Origin: Glaucostegus cemiculus
Lineage: Eukaryota
Reading direction: 5' to 3'
Assembly: GCA_976551045.1 (NCBI GenBank)
Contig: CDPCPM010000164.1
Location: 7,440,001-7,504,000, forward strand
DNA length: 64,000 bases
The notes below the pieces were generated by a model. The model saw only the letters and a program-made list of their open reading frames with translations. It made no database searches and was not told the DNA's origin. Shown here piece after piece: positions 37,966 through 50,454 of this stretch; within the stretch, counting starts at the first letter, position 1; each line of letters begins with the position of its first letter. The position numbers and the translations under genes were made by a program.

Positions 37966-39714
37966 AACATCTTAAACCATATTCTCCAACCCCCAGCTAT
38001 TCAAGCAACATGGCCAATTGAGCATTCAGTTGGAAATCCCCTCCTGACTTCATAGCACCTTTCCAATGTTTACCAGGGCCGAGTCAAAGGAGTGAGAGAA
38101 TCCTCTCCACTTGCCTGGATAAGTGCAGCTCTGACAACACTCAAGGAGTCCAAGACAAAGGTCAATTTGATTGACATCCTATGCATCACCATCTTAAATA
38201 TTCACCCTTCTGCCACCAGCCAACCATGGCTGCAATGTGTACAATATTTAAGATGCACTACAGTATCCTACCAAGGCTTCTTTGATACTACCTCCTAAAA
38301 CTGAAGGAAAACCTGTTAAGTTGCTGATAATTTTGCTCCCCAAAAGAAAACATAACCAAGGACAAAATGTGAAGAGGGAGCTTTAAAATAAGGACAGAAT
38401 TACATCTGCACACTCTGATCCAATTGTCCTTAATCTTTTACTTCTAACCGAACCACCTATAGACCGTACACAATCCTGGTATAACACATTAAAACTCTTG
38501 ATTGACTTGTATGCAAGTACAACATTTACCATTAAATGACTGTAATTAGGTCTCATTTACCAGATCCTCTCACTTACCATGAGTAACTCCACAGGAGATT
38601 TACTAATATATATTTTGTCTTAAATACAGTATGCAAAGCACAAATTTCATAGGAAATTCATTCTCAGTGCTTGCAAGACAGTAGTGAAAACCCTATAGCT
38701 ACAAAGAGACATGCAAAGAAATTTTCTTTAGTTGTCTTTCAACCAATGTTATTTACTGGCTGTTTACCTTGCTACGGACCTTCACCAAGTATAACTGGCT
38801 GCTACATTAGCTACAAGGTAATAGTGATTAGATTTCATTCACTGGCACTGACACATCCTTCTAAAAGATGCTATATAAATGCACATTCTTTTTTTTGATG
38901 TTTTCTTAGTGAAATTCCGATGGAGAAAAAACTATTACAAATTCCAAGAATTTAGAATGTCATAGCCAGTGTAATTGCTACGGTGAACACACATGGTGCA
39001 GATGTGAAGCTACGTGTTAGTCTGTACACAGGGTGTGATGATGTAACTGGTTAATAAGCAATATTCATAGTTCACTGGTAGCAGGGTTTTCTGGGCCCAA
39101 AGCCTGCTCAATCATGTCAGTTAATCTGATATTACAGTGCAATAAATCTTTTAACATTACTTTAACGTGGAATTCTGTCAGTACACAAGGCAATGTTCAT
39201 ATTTCAGCCAATACGATCGAAAGCACAGATCAACTAATTATTCTGACAGTTGTGAATTCTTGCTGTGCATAAATTGTTTGCTCCATTTTCCCACAAAGCT
39301 ATGACTGCACAAGTCATGTACTTTTTTTACAGCTTGTTTAGGGTACAGAAGCACAATGAGCTGCTACAATCTGTACCCAGATCACAGCAATACAGTTAAC
39401 TGTTGCAGCATACAAACAAGTAGTGTGATTTCAGAGATAAATATAGGATCTTACTCTGGTTAAGGCTATGATATTTTTGGCTCATCATCTCTGTGTGTAT
39501 CAAGAAATGCAAGTTGTACATATTTTTTTTCAGATTAATTCAGTGAGAGCACATTTTATTCTCTATCTCAATTTTTTTTTAGTAGTAATTTGTGAATTAT
39601 GTAAGAGTGAATTCTGTTATGCGAGCAGCCATAAAGCAGGGGTTGACTGTATTGGGCTAAGACATCCTGCCCATTGCAGGTATTATGAGGGAAGGTTAAC
39701 TGGACCAGGCTTGA

Positions 39715-40185
39715 TTCTGCTGGGATGTAGGAGAGTGAGGGACTTGATTGATTATTGAAACATTCAAGCTCCTGAGGGGTCTTGCAGGTTGGATGTGGAA
39801 AGGATGCTTCCTCTTGATAATGAAGATAGAGTTTGAAGGTCGCTGTTGAAAAATAAGGGGTTTTGCGTTAAAGGTTGTTTTTTATGGTGATTTATGGTGA
39901 TTGTTTTTTCACTTGGTTGGCTGTGAATCATTGGAACTTTCTACATCAAAAGCCGGTGGAAGCAAAATGTTTAAAATAATATTAATCACTTAAATAATTA
40001 TTAATCAATCAGATTAATTATTTAATTATATTGTTTAAGTTTAATTATTTAATAAAAACAGATAGAGATTGTGAAAGGATACCATAGGTAGATGGGAATG
40101 CAGAGCTGCGATTACATTCCGATCAGCTATGACCTTATTAAATGACTGAGAGGACGTGAGGGGCTAAGTGGTCTACTCCCAAGTT
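39715..40185 (+). mobile_element. Old CR1 3' fragment
   Basis: GGAGAGTGAGGGACTTGATT...GAAACATTCAAGCTCCTGAGGGGTCTTG..GGATGTGGAAAGGATGCTTCCTCTTG, plus a CR1-type 3' UTR. Confidence 0.6.
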
Positions 40186-43100
40186 TATAACATGGGGCCA
40201 TTTAGCCCATCACACCTATGCTAGCTTTTGTTAGAACAGTACCAAATTACTCTATTCCCTGTAGCCTTGAATCTGTTATTGTTTCAAATATGTATCTAAT
40301 TTCCCTACAATAATCTCTGCACCAGCCAAAAAAAGTATTTCATACCCAAAGGTATCCTGGAATTTCTTCAAGATTCCCTTCTCACTTTCCAAATCATAAT
40401 TTTCAGCTGATAATCTTTTAACCTTCAAAATATAAAAAGCAGAGGAAAATATTTCCCCATTTCCTTGAAGATCCATTAAATATAACGTCGACAAGAATTT
40501 TATATTTTTAGTAAGTGCAAGTGTTCCCCCACCCTGACAAATGTTCAATCTCTGATTTTCCCTCCAATGTTTATGAAAACTATTGGTTAAGTGCTGCAAA
40601 CACCCAACAGACCATGCAGCAATTGTTTTAGTGACTTCTTGTCACATTTTCTGCATCTGCAGTATTTCTGTTAACTATTTACATATATATGAGTTTAGAC
40701 CTTCGCTCTGTTTCCTTCATCTACTTTTCATCCAACACCAGCACATCTAAAGAAGAACAAAAGCTTTTGCAACGCTTTGACACCTTCATAGTATTGCTCT
40801 TGGTAGTCGGTGCTGCAGACATTTACTATAACCTATTTGAGCACTGATTAATAGCATTTGTAATGTACTTAGCAATGGGGATTGAAATGTGTTTCATTTA
40901 CAGAAAATTCAAGTTTGGTCTTATTTACCACTTTATTTAGGTTTATAGAACTTAAATCATTTGCTTGAGAAAAGAAATGCAATAAATTGTTAACAGGATT
41001 TTAAAATCAAAATCTTAAACGCTTCAACATTTTATTTTACATCTTCCTTTGGATTATTGGGTGTGTTCCATTGAACCCTGTTACCTAATCTTCCTTTCAC
41101 CTTTTGTTTGTTAAATGAACTACTTTTCCTCATTATAATGCTGCTCATTTTACATACAAATATTTTGGGATTCCTTTTGTTTTCACATAGCAAAGCAACA
41201 GAGGCATTCTTCCCCCAAATTAGAACACAATAGAAATCATTTAGACCAAAGAGAAAAAGCTTTAAAAGCAGTAATAATTAACATTAATATAATTTGGTGA
41301 AGATGACTGGAAGAGAAAAGATTACACTCTCGATTGCCTCAGTTAATGATGAGACCACATATAGATTGATGGTGATGTGTTTTAAATGCAGCTGTACTGC
41401 TTACAATTGTGTCATCCAAGAATGACTTAATATTATACTATAAAGCATGTTACTAATCCCAATAAAAGTGGATATAAGCAAATGAATTATACTTTAATAA
41501 ATAATAGGTGTAATGGCAACCTGAAGACAATTAAGTAAAGGATTGACAGAGAAAATGTTAATTTATGATCTTTGTCCCTCTGTAATACCCTATAAAATGT
41601 GGGCATGTGAGGCAGTCCAGGCTACTGGCTCATTTCATGAATTATCAACTTGTTGAAAATTTGTATAGCCACATTACACATGCAAATTGCTCTGCCTGTG
41701 CAAATACCACTTGGAGATGATAAAAACATATTAATGATGGCTATAGAAGGAGGATTTGTTTCACTGACTCGCCCGGGTCAAGCAATACATGTATTTGACA
41801 ATTGTGTGTACCCAATTTTGTTGTAATTATATCAGTAAATTATTCTCCATAATCTTATTATTTTCCGTCTGTCTCCTTGTGCCCAGGATAATTAGCCTTC
41901 TTCACTAGTCTAAAAACAATTCAGTTTGCTGGCCAGGAAGGCCAAAGCTCTATGATCTGTTTTGGGTTTTGCTTTATTCCCTGTATCCTTGGACTCCTCT
42001 GCAAATTAAAAAAAAATTCATAGACCAAATATTATCCACGCATGGCATTCACCACAGAATTAGCAATCCCTGGACCGCTGCATTCGCCATTAGATATCTC
42101 AACTACTTTGTACATTATGTATTAATCTGTGCTAATGAATTCTGCAACCCCTGACCAGGGTGAGATGACAAAAAAATTATTACCACTTTCATAGATATGC
42201 TTTTTTCATTTCAAACTCAATTCAAATGCTTCGTATAAACAGCCTGCTGTACAAAGATACCTCATATAATTACGGTTTTTAGATGATTAGTTTATCTTGC
42301 AGCGCTTATTTCCTCTTATCCTCCAGAGTCCGAACTTAACTGCAGGCTCGGAGTTTTGAACTTAATTCCTCTCTAACATCAGAACCGAAATTAGAATTGA
42401 CCTGAATATAATTGACAGATGTGACACACTCTGCATTTCAATGATGCAATTGCACTTCACTTAGAACAGACATGTCAGTATAAAATGTACACAAAGAACA
42501 AACTGATAAGATCACCTCTAATTTACAATAATAAGTTGATCTTAACAAGATGTGGATCTTATGAGGATTAAGAAGTTCAGATGCGGATTGATCACAAACA
42601 AGGTGTCTAAAAAGGATCATTTCAATTTTTTAAGATTATTGGGGAAGTCACAAACATTACTACAAACAAACTTCTGAGCACTTGGATGGGTCATGTTGAT
42701 CAAATTTAATTTTGGTAATTTATGCAAATTGATTCAGTTACGGGAGCTGCATTTGAAAAGGAACAAAAACAAAAGGCATTTTGGAAGTCCACTGCCCATT
42801 TTCAAAGTTTCAGCTTTAAATGTGTGGCAACCCTATCTCAAGCAGACTGCACTATACATAAAGAGACACTTCGATTTGCATGAAAAAAAGGGTATGGGGG
42901 AAATAAATGATCATATTAATTTACTTGATGCCTTCCAACTCCTGGACAAGCAATGTTGCAGGGCATATTGAAAAGAAGCCTCCAAGTTAAGAACTCCCAT
43001 TAACCAAAAGAGGATACGAGCAAGGTTAACCAGTCTTTGTATATGTAGCTTCCTCCTCTGCATTGCAAAACAGAATTTAATTGCATGCTGCATTAGCAAT

Positions 43101-44694
43101 GGTAGTCCTTTAGTCAGAAAGATGATTGGGAATAGAGTTCTCCTTGACTGTCAAAGATGACAGGCCAGAGTCCTGATATCACCACCTTTGTTTATGCATG
43201 GTGCAGAAAATGTAGCAAAGTGCACCAAAGTACCTCTAACATGGCCACTGTAAGGACCACGTGACGGCTGAGGAAGACTTAAAGTTGCTGCATACTAGAT
43301 ATTGCACATACTAAGTATCCTACAGGATCATGATCACTAAGCAAATAAAGCTACAAAAATCTGTTTAGCCAATTTGAAGATGCAGGCTATAACTTAATGT
43401 GGTATTAAAATGAGCAAACAAGAAATACAACCATGCTGGTTTGTCTCTGTGGGGCACCAGTGCCTAAAATTTTGATTTCCGGATTTTCTTTCAGAAAATT
43501 CAGAAATCAAGATTTCCCTTCCTTCTTGTATAGTGGGGTTACATTTGCCGTATCCCAACCATTCTGGAAAACTATGGAATTTTGTAATAAATCAGGGAAG
43601 TTCACTTTTGAGTCTTCAACTGGCAGTCTGTGACCAGTGAAACAACTTAATCACCCCATATGTACAAGACTGCAGAAGATGGTCTACTAATCTCACCCTG
43701 GCCCACAGGTGGAACCTGCAATAGCACCAAGAGTGCATTTTCACTGGAAGATGTGCAGCTCCATGAATTCATTGTCCTCATCAAAGCAATTATACACCTC
43801 ACAACTTGCTTGGTTCCACTTTGGATACTACAGGTAATAACCAAAACCCCAGTTTTTTTCCAAAAAATGAAGACTTCAGCATAAGTAAAGGCAAAGAAAA
43901 ATGTGCAAGATGCAAAATGAAATAAAAGCAAATAGATTTATACATCAAAGTTCACTGAACTCAATCTAGCTGCAAGCTGGCTTTGAGGATATGTCTCAAG
44001 TGGGCTCACTAGTGCAGCTATTTTAAATGGGCTCCAAGAATGGTGTGTTTGAAGTGCTGTTTCAAACTGACAAAATCAAAATTAAAAGTTGGGGGTGGGT
44101 GGGATAAGAAGGGGGTTGTACAAACCTTCAATGAAGCTTGCTTTTTGCCATCAAAATCTCCCCTTAAAAAAGTTAGGCAAGAATCAATTGCTTGTATCTG
44201 ACTGCTCAATTTCTGCCTGCTACAACATCAGAACCATTAGTGAAGCCAAGGAAAATTGATACTCGAGTTTGCAAACTCGTTCAGTGATTGTGTTGTTATA
44301 CTTTTATATATGCATTATAGGATCAGTGTTGCATAATCGTATAGGTGTTTTTTTTTAAATATATCCATTTTCAGGATGTAGGTGTCACCATTAAGGCCAG
44401 CATTTATTAGCCATCCCTAATTGCTCCTTGAGAAACTGGTGGTGAGCTGCCAGCTTGAACCACTGCAGTCTTCCTGGTGAAGATATTTTCTGCTGGCAGG
44501 GAGTTCTAGGATTTAGACCTAGTGACCGTGAAGGAGCAGCAAATATTTCCAAGTTGTGATGGTGTGTGGATAAACTCTTATATTTGGTATTTGGCTGGTG
44601 CAATTAGGGCCGATATATATTTGATTATAGTTTGCTGGGAGAATGGCTCTAACCTTGAGTAATTTAGCAACAGGTTCATTACATATCTCTATTA

Positions 44695-45479
44695 ACCGAG
44701 TGCACGCCCCGCTGACCATCAACAGGTCTACGGTGGAACAAGTCAGCAGCACCAAGGTCCTGGGGGTGCACATCGCTGATGACTTGACCTGGTCCATTAA
44801 CACCACTGTCCTCACCAAGAAAGCCCAGAAACGCCTCTACTTCCTGCGGAGATTGAGGAAAGTGAACTCCCATCTTTCTATTATGAAAACTTTTTATAGA
44901 CGGACCATTGAGAGTATCCTGACACACTGCATCACCATCTGGTACGGGAGCTGCTCAGCTGCTGGAAGGAAGTCCCTTCAGAGAATAGTGAGAGTGGCAG
45001 AGAAGATCATAGGTGTCTCTCTACCCTCCATTGCAGGATCGATGTGTCAGAAAGGTCACAAACATAATGTCGGACGCTTCTCACCCCTCCTACCACCTCT
45101 TTACACTCTTGCCATCTGGAAGAAGGCTCCAGTGCATCCGGGCAAGGACTACCAGACTGTGCAATAGCTTCTTCCCACAAGCTATCAGAACCATGAACTC
45201 CCTCCATCCCTCCCGCCAACACCAAAGGATGCTAGGCGTACAGAAATGCACCAGCACTTTAAATGTCCGTTGTCTGTTGCCTCAGTATGCTCACTTTAAG
45301 ATTGTTTATTCGAGTCGCTATTTAATTTTGTGGTTCCAATGTTGTTAATGTCTTTCTGTCTTTGTGTCTCTCATTGTTTTTTTAATATGACGAGCACCTT
45401 GATCTGTGGAGTACGGTATTTTGCTCCTATGCATACTGAATGTGTATATAGTAGTGGCAATAAACTGATTCTGATTCTA
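44695..45479 (+). mobile_element. Rex1/Babar-type LINE, 5'-truncated, with a frameshift near 45030
   Basis: HAPLTINRSTVEQVSSTKVLGVHIADDLTWSINTTVLTKKAQKRLYFLRRLRK...IESILTHCITIWYGSC, then DASHPSYHLFTLLPSGRRL. Ends AATAAACTGATTCTGATTCT. Confidence 0.88.
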
Positions 45480-48139
45480 ACAATAAACATAACAGTGGGT
45501 TAGCAGTGAATAAAGTATTGGTAATCAGTTTCAGATTCATTTTCTTATTTTTAAATGAGATAGTAAATATATTGCTTTTGGAATCAAAACCTAATGCCAA
45601 ATGCAATCACAATGAGGCACAGGTTAGTGGGATGATTTACAGGTGTAATTATTTAAATGGGTTATTATTTATCACTAAATAACAAACATTACAGGAAAGT
45701 AGGTAATGGTTACCAGTGGTCTGGTTTTACAGTATAAAGAACGGATTGTTCAGTGCACCATTACAATGCAACCATTGGTGATGGGCTTTCATAACATGTC
45801 ATTACATGCAGCAAGTGCCAGAACAAATTTAAATGTAGAAATTTATTACATGAAAGATTAAAATGCACATAGCAATAGGATTTAAGGTTTGGTAGATACA
45901 TAGGGGGCACTTAATGCACAGCTAGCTTTACAGAAAGCACAGTGGAAATCTCAAACTCTTGCTTCCCTAAAAAACTACAGAGGCCAGGTAAATTGAAAAT
46001 GCTGAAAATATCAGATAGTTTTTGTTTTAAAAACAGACAAATATATTGTCTGGCAAGGCAACTAAATGTTGTTGAGATATAGATTAGTTCTGATCCAATT
46101 AGTGATGGAACAGGCTTAAGGGACCCCATGGGTGTGCAACAGAGTGCAGACACACATACATTTAGATTCTTTGCCCATAGTAGATTGTTTCCCTTCCATT
46201 ACACTTTGAAAGGTCCTTGCCAGTACAGCTATGAGCACAAATAGGCACCTGGATAGATACATAAACAAATGATTCCTTCTTCCCTATGGGGAAGTTGCTC
46301 AACTTGTTGTGATTTCATAATAGAACTGTCAACATAGATGTCTTCATACATGTCAACAATTGGTGCTTCACGCTGACAGTACAAGTTTTTGAGGGTTCTC
46401 ATCAATATCAAAGCATAGATTGACAGAATTACTTTTAATCAGACAGAATGTCCCCAGTCCCCACATTCCAATTTTCCTTTTTCACACCACCAGTAGGAAA
46501 GACCCAGACTATGAATTCAATAAAATTAAAACAATCTGCAACTTGAGCTATCCACAGACAATGCAAAAATTGTTACAGATTCACCTTTATTACAGTGTCA
46601 CTTATATCCAATTTTGCACAAAATCCCACACCCAAAACAGCACTCCTCTTTAAACTGCCACCAGCTCAATGTATTCTGATTTTAATATCCCTGTTCTTTA
46701 CTTCCATTCCCGCCAGAGTTCAGTCACCACTAACAAAGATAATTTCTCTATTCATGCAAAGTGGATTGCACTACCTGCTCCTTCATTCCTGGGCTAATGG
46801 ATATCTGCACCAACTTCCCTTACTCCACTATCTGTGCCCACATTTACCACTGGTTCCACATAATTTTCCTTCTAATTCCCTCCACCATGCCACCTCTACA
46901 GATTCAAATACTACCCAAAATTATCTTTCCTTTGTGCCTTTAGATATCCTTTTCCTTGTCATTTCCATTCCTTCCCTTCATACTGTGTCTTGAAACGTTT
47001 AGTAACATGAAATTGATCTATAATGCAAATATAAATTCAATGTCACTGCAAAGTTAAGAAATGTATTTAAAGTTATTAAAAGATCAAAAATGGTAACAAA
47101 AATGTTTACACCAAGTCTCTGTATCAGTACTTAAAATCAAAATGGATTGATTATTCATTAATAATTGGAATAACTGTTGACCAAACCAGTCAATCAAATT
47201 AACATAGAATACAAATGATGTGGATACATTGACTGCAAAGAAAGAAAGTACTCTGTCCTCTTTCTGTATCCGCTGCAGTGTAAAGTTATTTTCTTTTCTG
47301 GACTGAAATATTATAAACCAAAAGCTACCCTATGCAATTTTTGTTGTATCCTGAATTAAATGGATTGGCATTCCCAGGCTTCTAAATTGAGGAAAAGGTG
47401 GTAAAAATGTAATTTAATATGTATGGGCAAATTAATATATATAGATATATAAATAGATATATATTAGATATTGTATTTCTTAAAAAATGATGCCTTGCTT
47501 TGTCTTCTTAGAACTTGTAACATTTTTGCTCTGCTTGGAGTTTTCTGATGATGGTGAAAACCTACTATCAGACAGACAATATCTACCATGTTAATTTTTT
47601 ACTTTCTAATGTCTAATGCGTGACCATCATATACAAGCTTGGTTAAAATCTAGTTAAGTCTTTAACTTATTGAGGTCACAAGTCAGCGTTTTAGAACACA
47701 GATTAATTTAATAAGAAAAGGAAACTGTGTCAGGGGGAAGTTCCATGTTAAGTTCAAAACGCAAGGTTCATAAAATAAGGAGTTTTTGAAGGTTACTTAG
47801 TATTTAAGGATACATGCTCCTGTACACTTTTTTTCAGCAAATAATTTTTTTAAAGGAAAAAAATAATAAAAACTTTCAAAAGTTCAGTTAATTTTGGTCC
47901 AGTATTTTTAAAATAATGTAACAAGTTCTAAAGGGGGTATGGTATCAGATGGTGGACTAGCTGTCTAGAGGTCTGGACTGCTCATATACAAACATCAATT
48001 TAGTTCCCACAATGACATCCAGAACATTAGATAAATTCTGGAATAAAGTATCAACTATCAATTATATATAAAAACAGTTTATATTCGTATCAACTTCTCT
48101 GCTTGCTCTTCATCAAGAGTTTTTAAAAACATTAATTTT

Positions 48140-49340
48140 TCAGAATTTGGGTGCTGCTAGCAAGGCCAGCATTTATTGCCAACCTAACTACCCTTGAAGT
48201 GAGCAGCCTTCTTGAATCACTGCAGTCCTTTTGGTGAAGGCACTCTCACATAGATATAGGGGAAAAAGGTTCCAGTATTTAGACCGAGTGATATTGAAGT
48301 AACAGCAATATATTTAAATGTGAGGATGGTGTGTGACTTGGAAGGAAACATGCAGGTGGTGCTGATAAAATCGTTACAGGTTTGGGAGGTTGTCAAAAGT
48401 AGCTTAAGCAAGTGACTGCAGTGCATCTGAAAGATGATAAACACTGCAGCCACTGCACAACTGTGGCAGAAGGGATGAATGGGTGGTGGATTAGGTACCA
48501 ATTGAGTAATCTACTTTTTCCTGGATGATGTTTATCTTATGAGTTGGTGGAGGCGCACTCATCCAGGCAAGTGTCGAGTACCGTGTCTTGTAGATGGTGG
48601 AAAGGCTTTGGAAAGTCAAGTAGTCAGTCTCTTATCATAGGATTCCCATCTCTGACCTGCTCTTGTCTCAGTAGTTATGCGGCTACTTCTATTGAGCTTC
48701 CAGTTAATGATGACCCCAGGAATTTGATGGTATGGTACTCAGTATTGCTAATGTCATTGACAATCAAGGTGAGTGGTTTGATTCTCTCTTGTTGGCATTG
48801 GTCATTGCCTGACACTTTCACAGGAGGGTCATCGATCAAGCAGCCAAAGGTGGTAGGCCGAGGACACTGCCCTGAGGAATTCCTGTGGTGATGTCCTGGG
48901 CTGCATTGATTGACCTCCCGTGGAAGTCTGGAACTGATTGGTCCTGGTAAAACCCAAACTGGGCATCAGTAAGAAGGTTATTTACGCACAAATGCTCACT
49001 GGCAACACTTTGGAGGATAATTTTCCTAAAGAGTATAGATTGATGGCAATTAACCAGATTGTATGTGTCCTACTTTTTGTAAACAGGACATATTTGGGCA
49101 ACTTTCTGCATTATTGAGTAAATGCACTTCTACTAATATTGTTGTAGAGATGCAACTGTCATAGGGAGATTGATGAGGGCAAGTGGATTTATCCCTTGTG
49201 TGGCTTCCTCACTATTTGCTGCAGAGTCAATGTATTTCAGGACTGTCTGTGGTGGTGCTGCCAAGGCATTCTTGTTGATGAAAATTGAAGTCAACCACCA
49301 GAATACATTCTGTGCCCTTGCTATTTTCAATGGCAAAGAT
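48140..49340 (-). mobile_element. Highly deleted CR1-related LINE (3' end to endonuclease region)
   Basis: 3' end GGCAATAAATGCTGGCCTTGCTAGC on the minus strand. Endonuclease-like ARAQNVFW / VDFNFHQQECLGSTTTD in shifted frames near 49240-49330. Confidence 0.6.
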
Positions 49341-49568
49341 GTCCAACCCCACCCCCACACTAAGGGGAGGGTCCAACCCCACCCCCACACGGAGGGAGTC
49401 AAACCCACCCCCACAGTAAGAGGGAAGGGTCCAACCCCACCCCCGCACGAAGAGGGGGGGTCCAAACACCCACCCCCACACTAAGGGGGGGGGTCCAACC
49501 CCACCCCCATACGGTGGGCCCATGGCCCACCCTCACCCCCGCACGAAGGGGGCCCGCAGCCCCACCCC
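49341..49568 (+). repeat. Minisatellite of about 30 bp (GTCCAACCCCACCCCCACACTAAGGGGAGG), about 7 copies, abutting the CpG island
   Basis: Direct reading. Each unit contains both a C-run block and a G-run block. Confidence 0.9.
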
Positions 49569-49970
49569 GTGCCCTAAGACCACTGTCCACCAACCTCCTC
49601 CCGCACTCAGTATAAAACCCACAGCTGAAGGACACTCAGCGGTGAGATTTCCGCGTAAGTCAGACACTAACCACCGACTCCGCCCAGTAACACCGACCTA
49701 GTGGGTGCCGCTCCGAAATCCGTCCGGCGGAACCGCGTGTGTGCCGCCCTGTAACCATTCCGGCCGAACCGCTGCCTCCGCTACTTCGTTCCGGGAGGTT
49801 GCTCGGCCGACGGCGGGTGCAGGCGCCATCTTAATTCTCGGGAGGGGGCCCTGGCCGTGGCACTGGGCTGGCGAGGGATTGTCACATCGGTCAGCAGCAT
49901 CTGGGATAAAGGTAGTCAGCACTGCAGTAGTGACCTGTCAGGTACTGAGGGTGTAAGTGTGCGCGGGATT
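49540..49970. promoter_or_regulatory. CpG-island promoter of FAM204A, possibly bidirectional
   Basis: The only dense non-TE CpG cluster in the window. Contains YY1 motif CGCCATCTT (49824-49832), ETS-like TTCCGG twice, TATAAAA (49611-49617) and a downstream 5' splice site GGT|GTAAGT at 49952/49953. Confidence 0.8.
49780..49952 (+). other. FAM204A: Probable non-coding exon 1 (5' UTR) of FAM204A; start approximate
   Basis: Lies in the CpG island, has no ATG on + in this segment, and ends at a GTAAGT donor. The next supported exon has an in-frame stop before its ATG, so an upstream exon would be non-coding. Confidence 0.5.
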
Positions 49971-50039
49971 AAGGAAAAAAGTAAAATAAAACGCAATCCA
50001 GAGTGGCCCCAGCAGATAGTGGACACCTTCTGACCATCA

Positions 50040-50452
50040 CTCGACCACTGGGAGCCATTCTGTACTCTGCCTTCCACTCATCCTTGGGTAACTCACGTGT
50101 ACTATACACTCCATTCCTCTATTGAAACTCCCCTCTGCCCTGCCCTGCCTTCACTGGGAGCTGACCTGTGCTCTGCCCTCCACTCATCCATAGGTACCTC
50201 CCATGTACTTTATTGAAACTGCCCTGTGCCTTCCCCTTCCCTCACTAGGAGCTGACCTGTGCTCTGTCCTCTTTGGGAACTATCCCTTTTTCTGCTCTTC
50301 ATTGGCCCATTTGGAATTATCCCATTTCCTGCCTTCCACACGTCCACTGGGGACTATCATGTGCTCTGCCCTGCACTTATCTATTGGGAGCAACCCTATG
50401 TCTTACCCTTCACTGGGAACTTTTTTGTACATTGTCCAATCCTCCATTGAGG
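50040..50452 (+). repeat. Degenerate tandem repeat (CACTGGGAGCTGACCTGTGCTCTGCCCT-like core)
   Basis: The core recurs at about 50046, 50152, 50242, 50345 and 50411, with alternating TATTGAAACT/CACTCATCC sub-units. Confidence 0.65.
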
Positions 50453-50454
50453 AC

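Noticed and set aside
49698-49922. Minus-strand ORF containing AAGATGGCG (MAPAPAVGR...)
   Set aside because: It stops after 43 codons from that ATG and has no recognisable homology. It is better explained as a YY1 motif in a GC-rich island.
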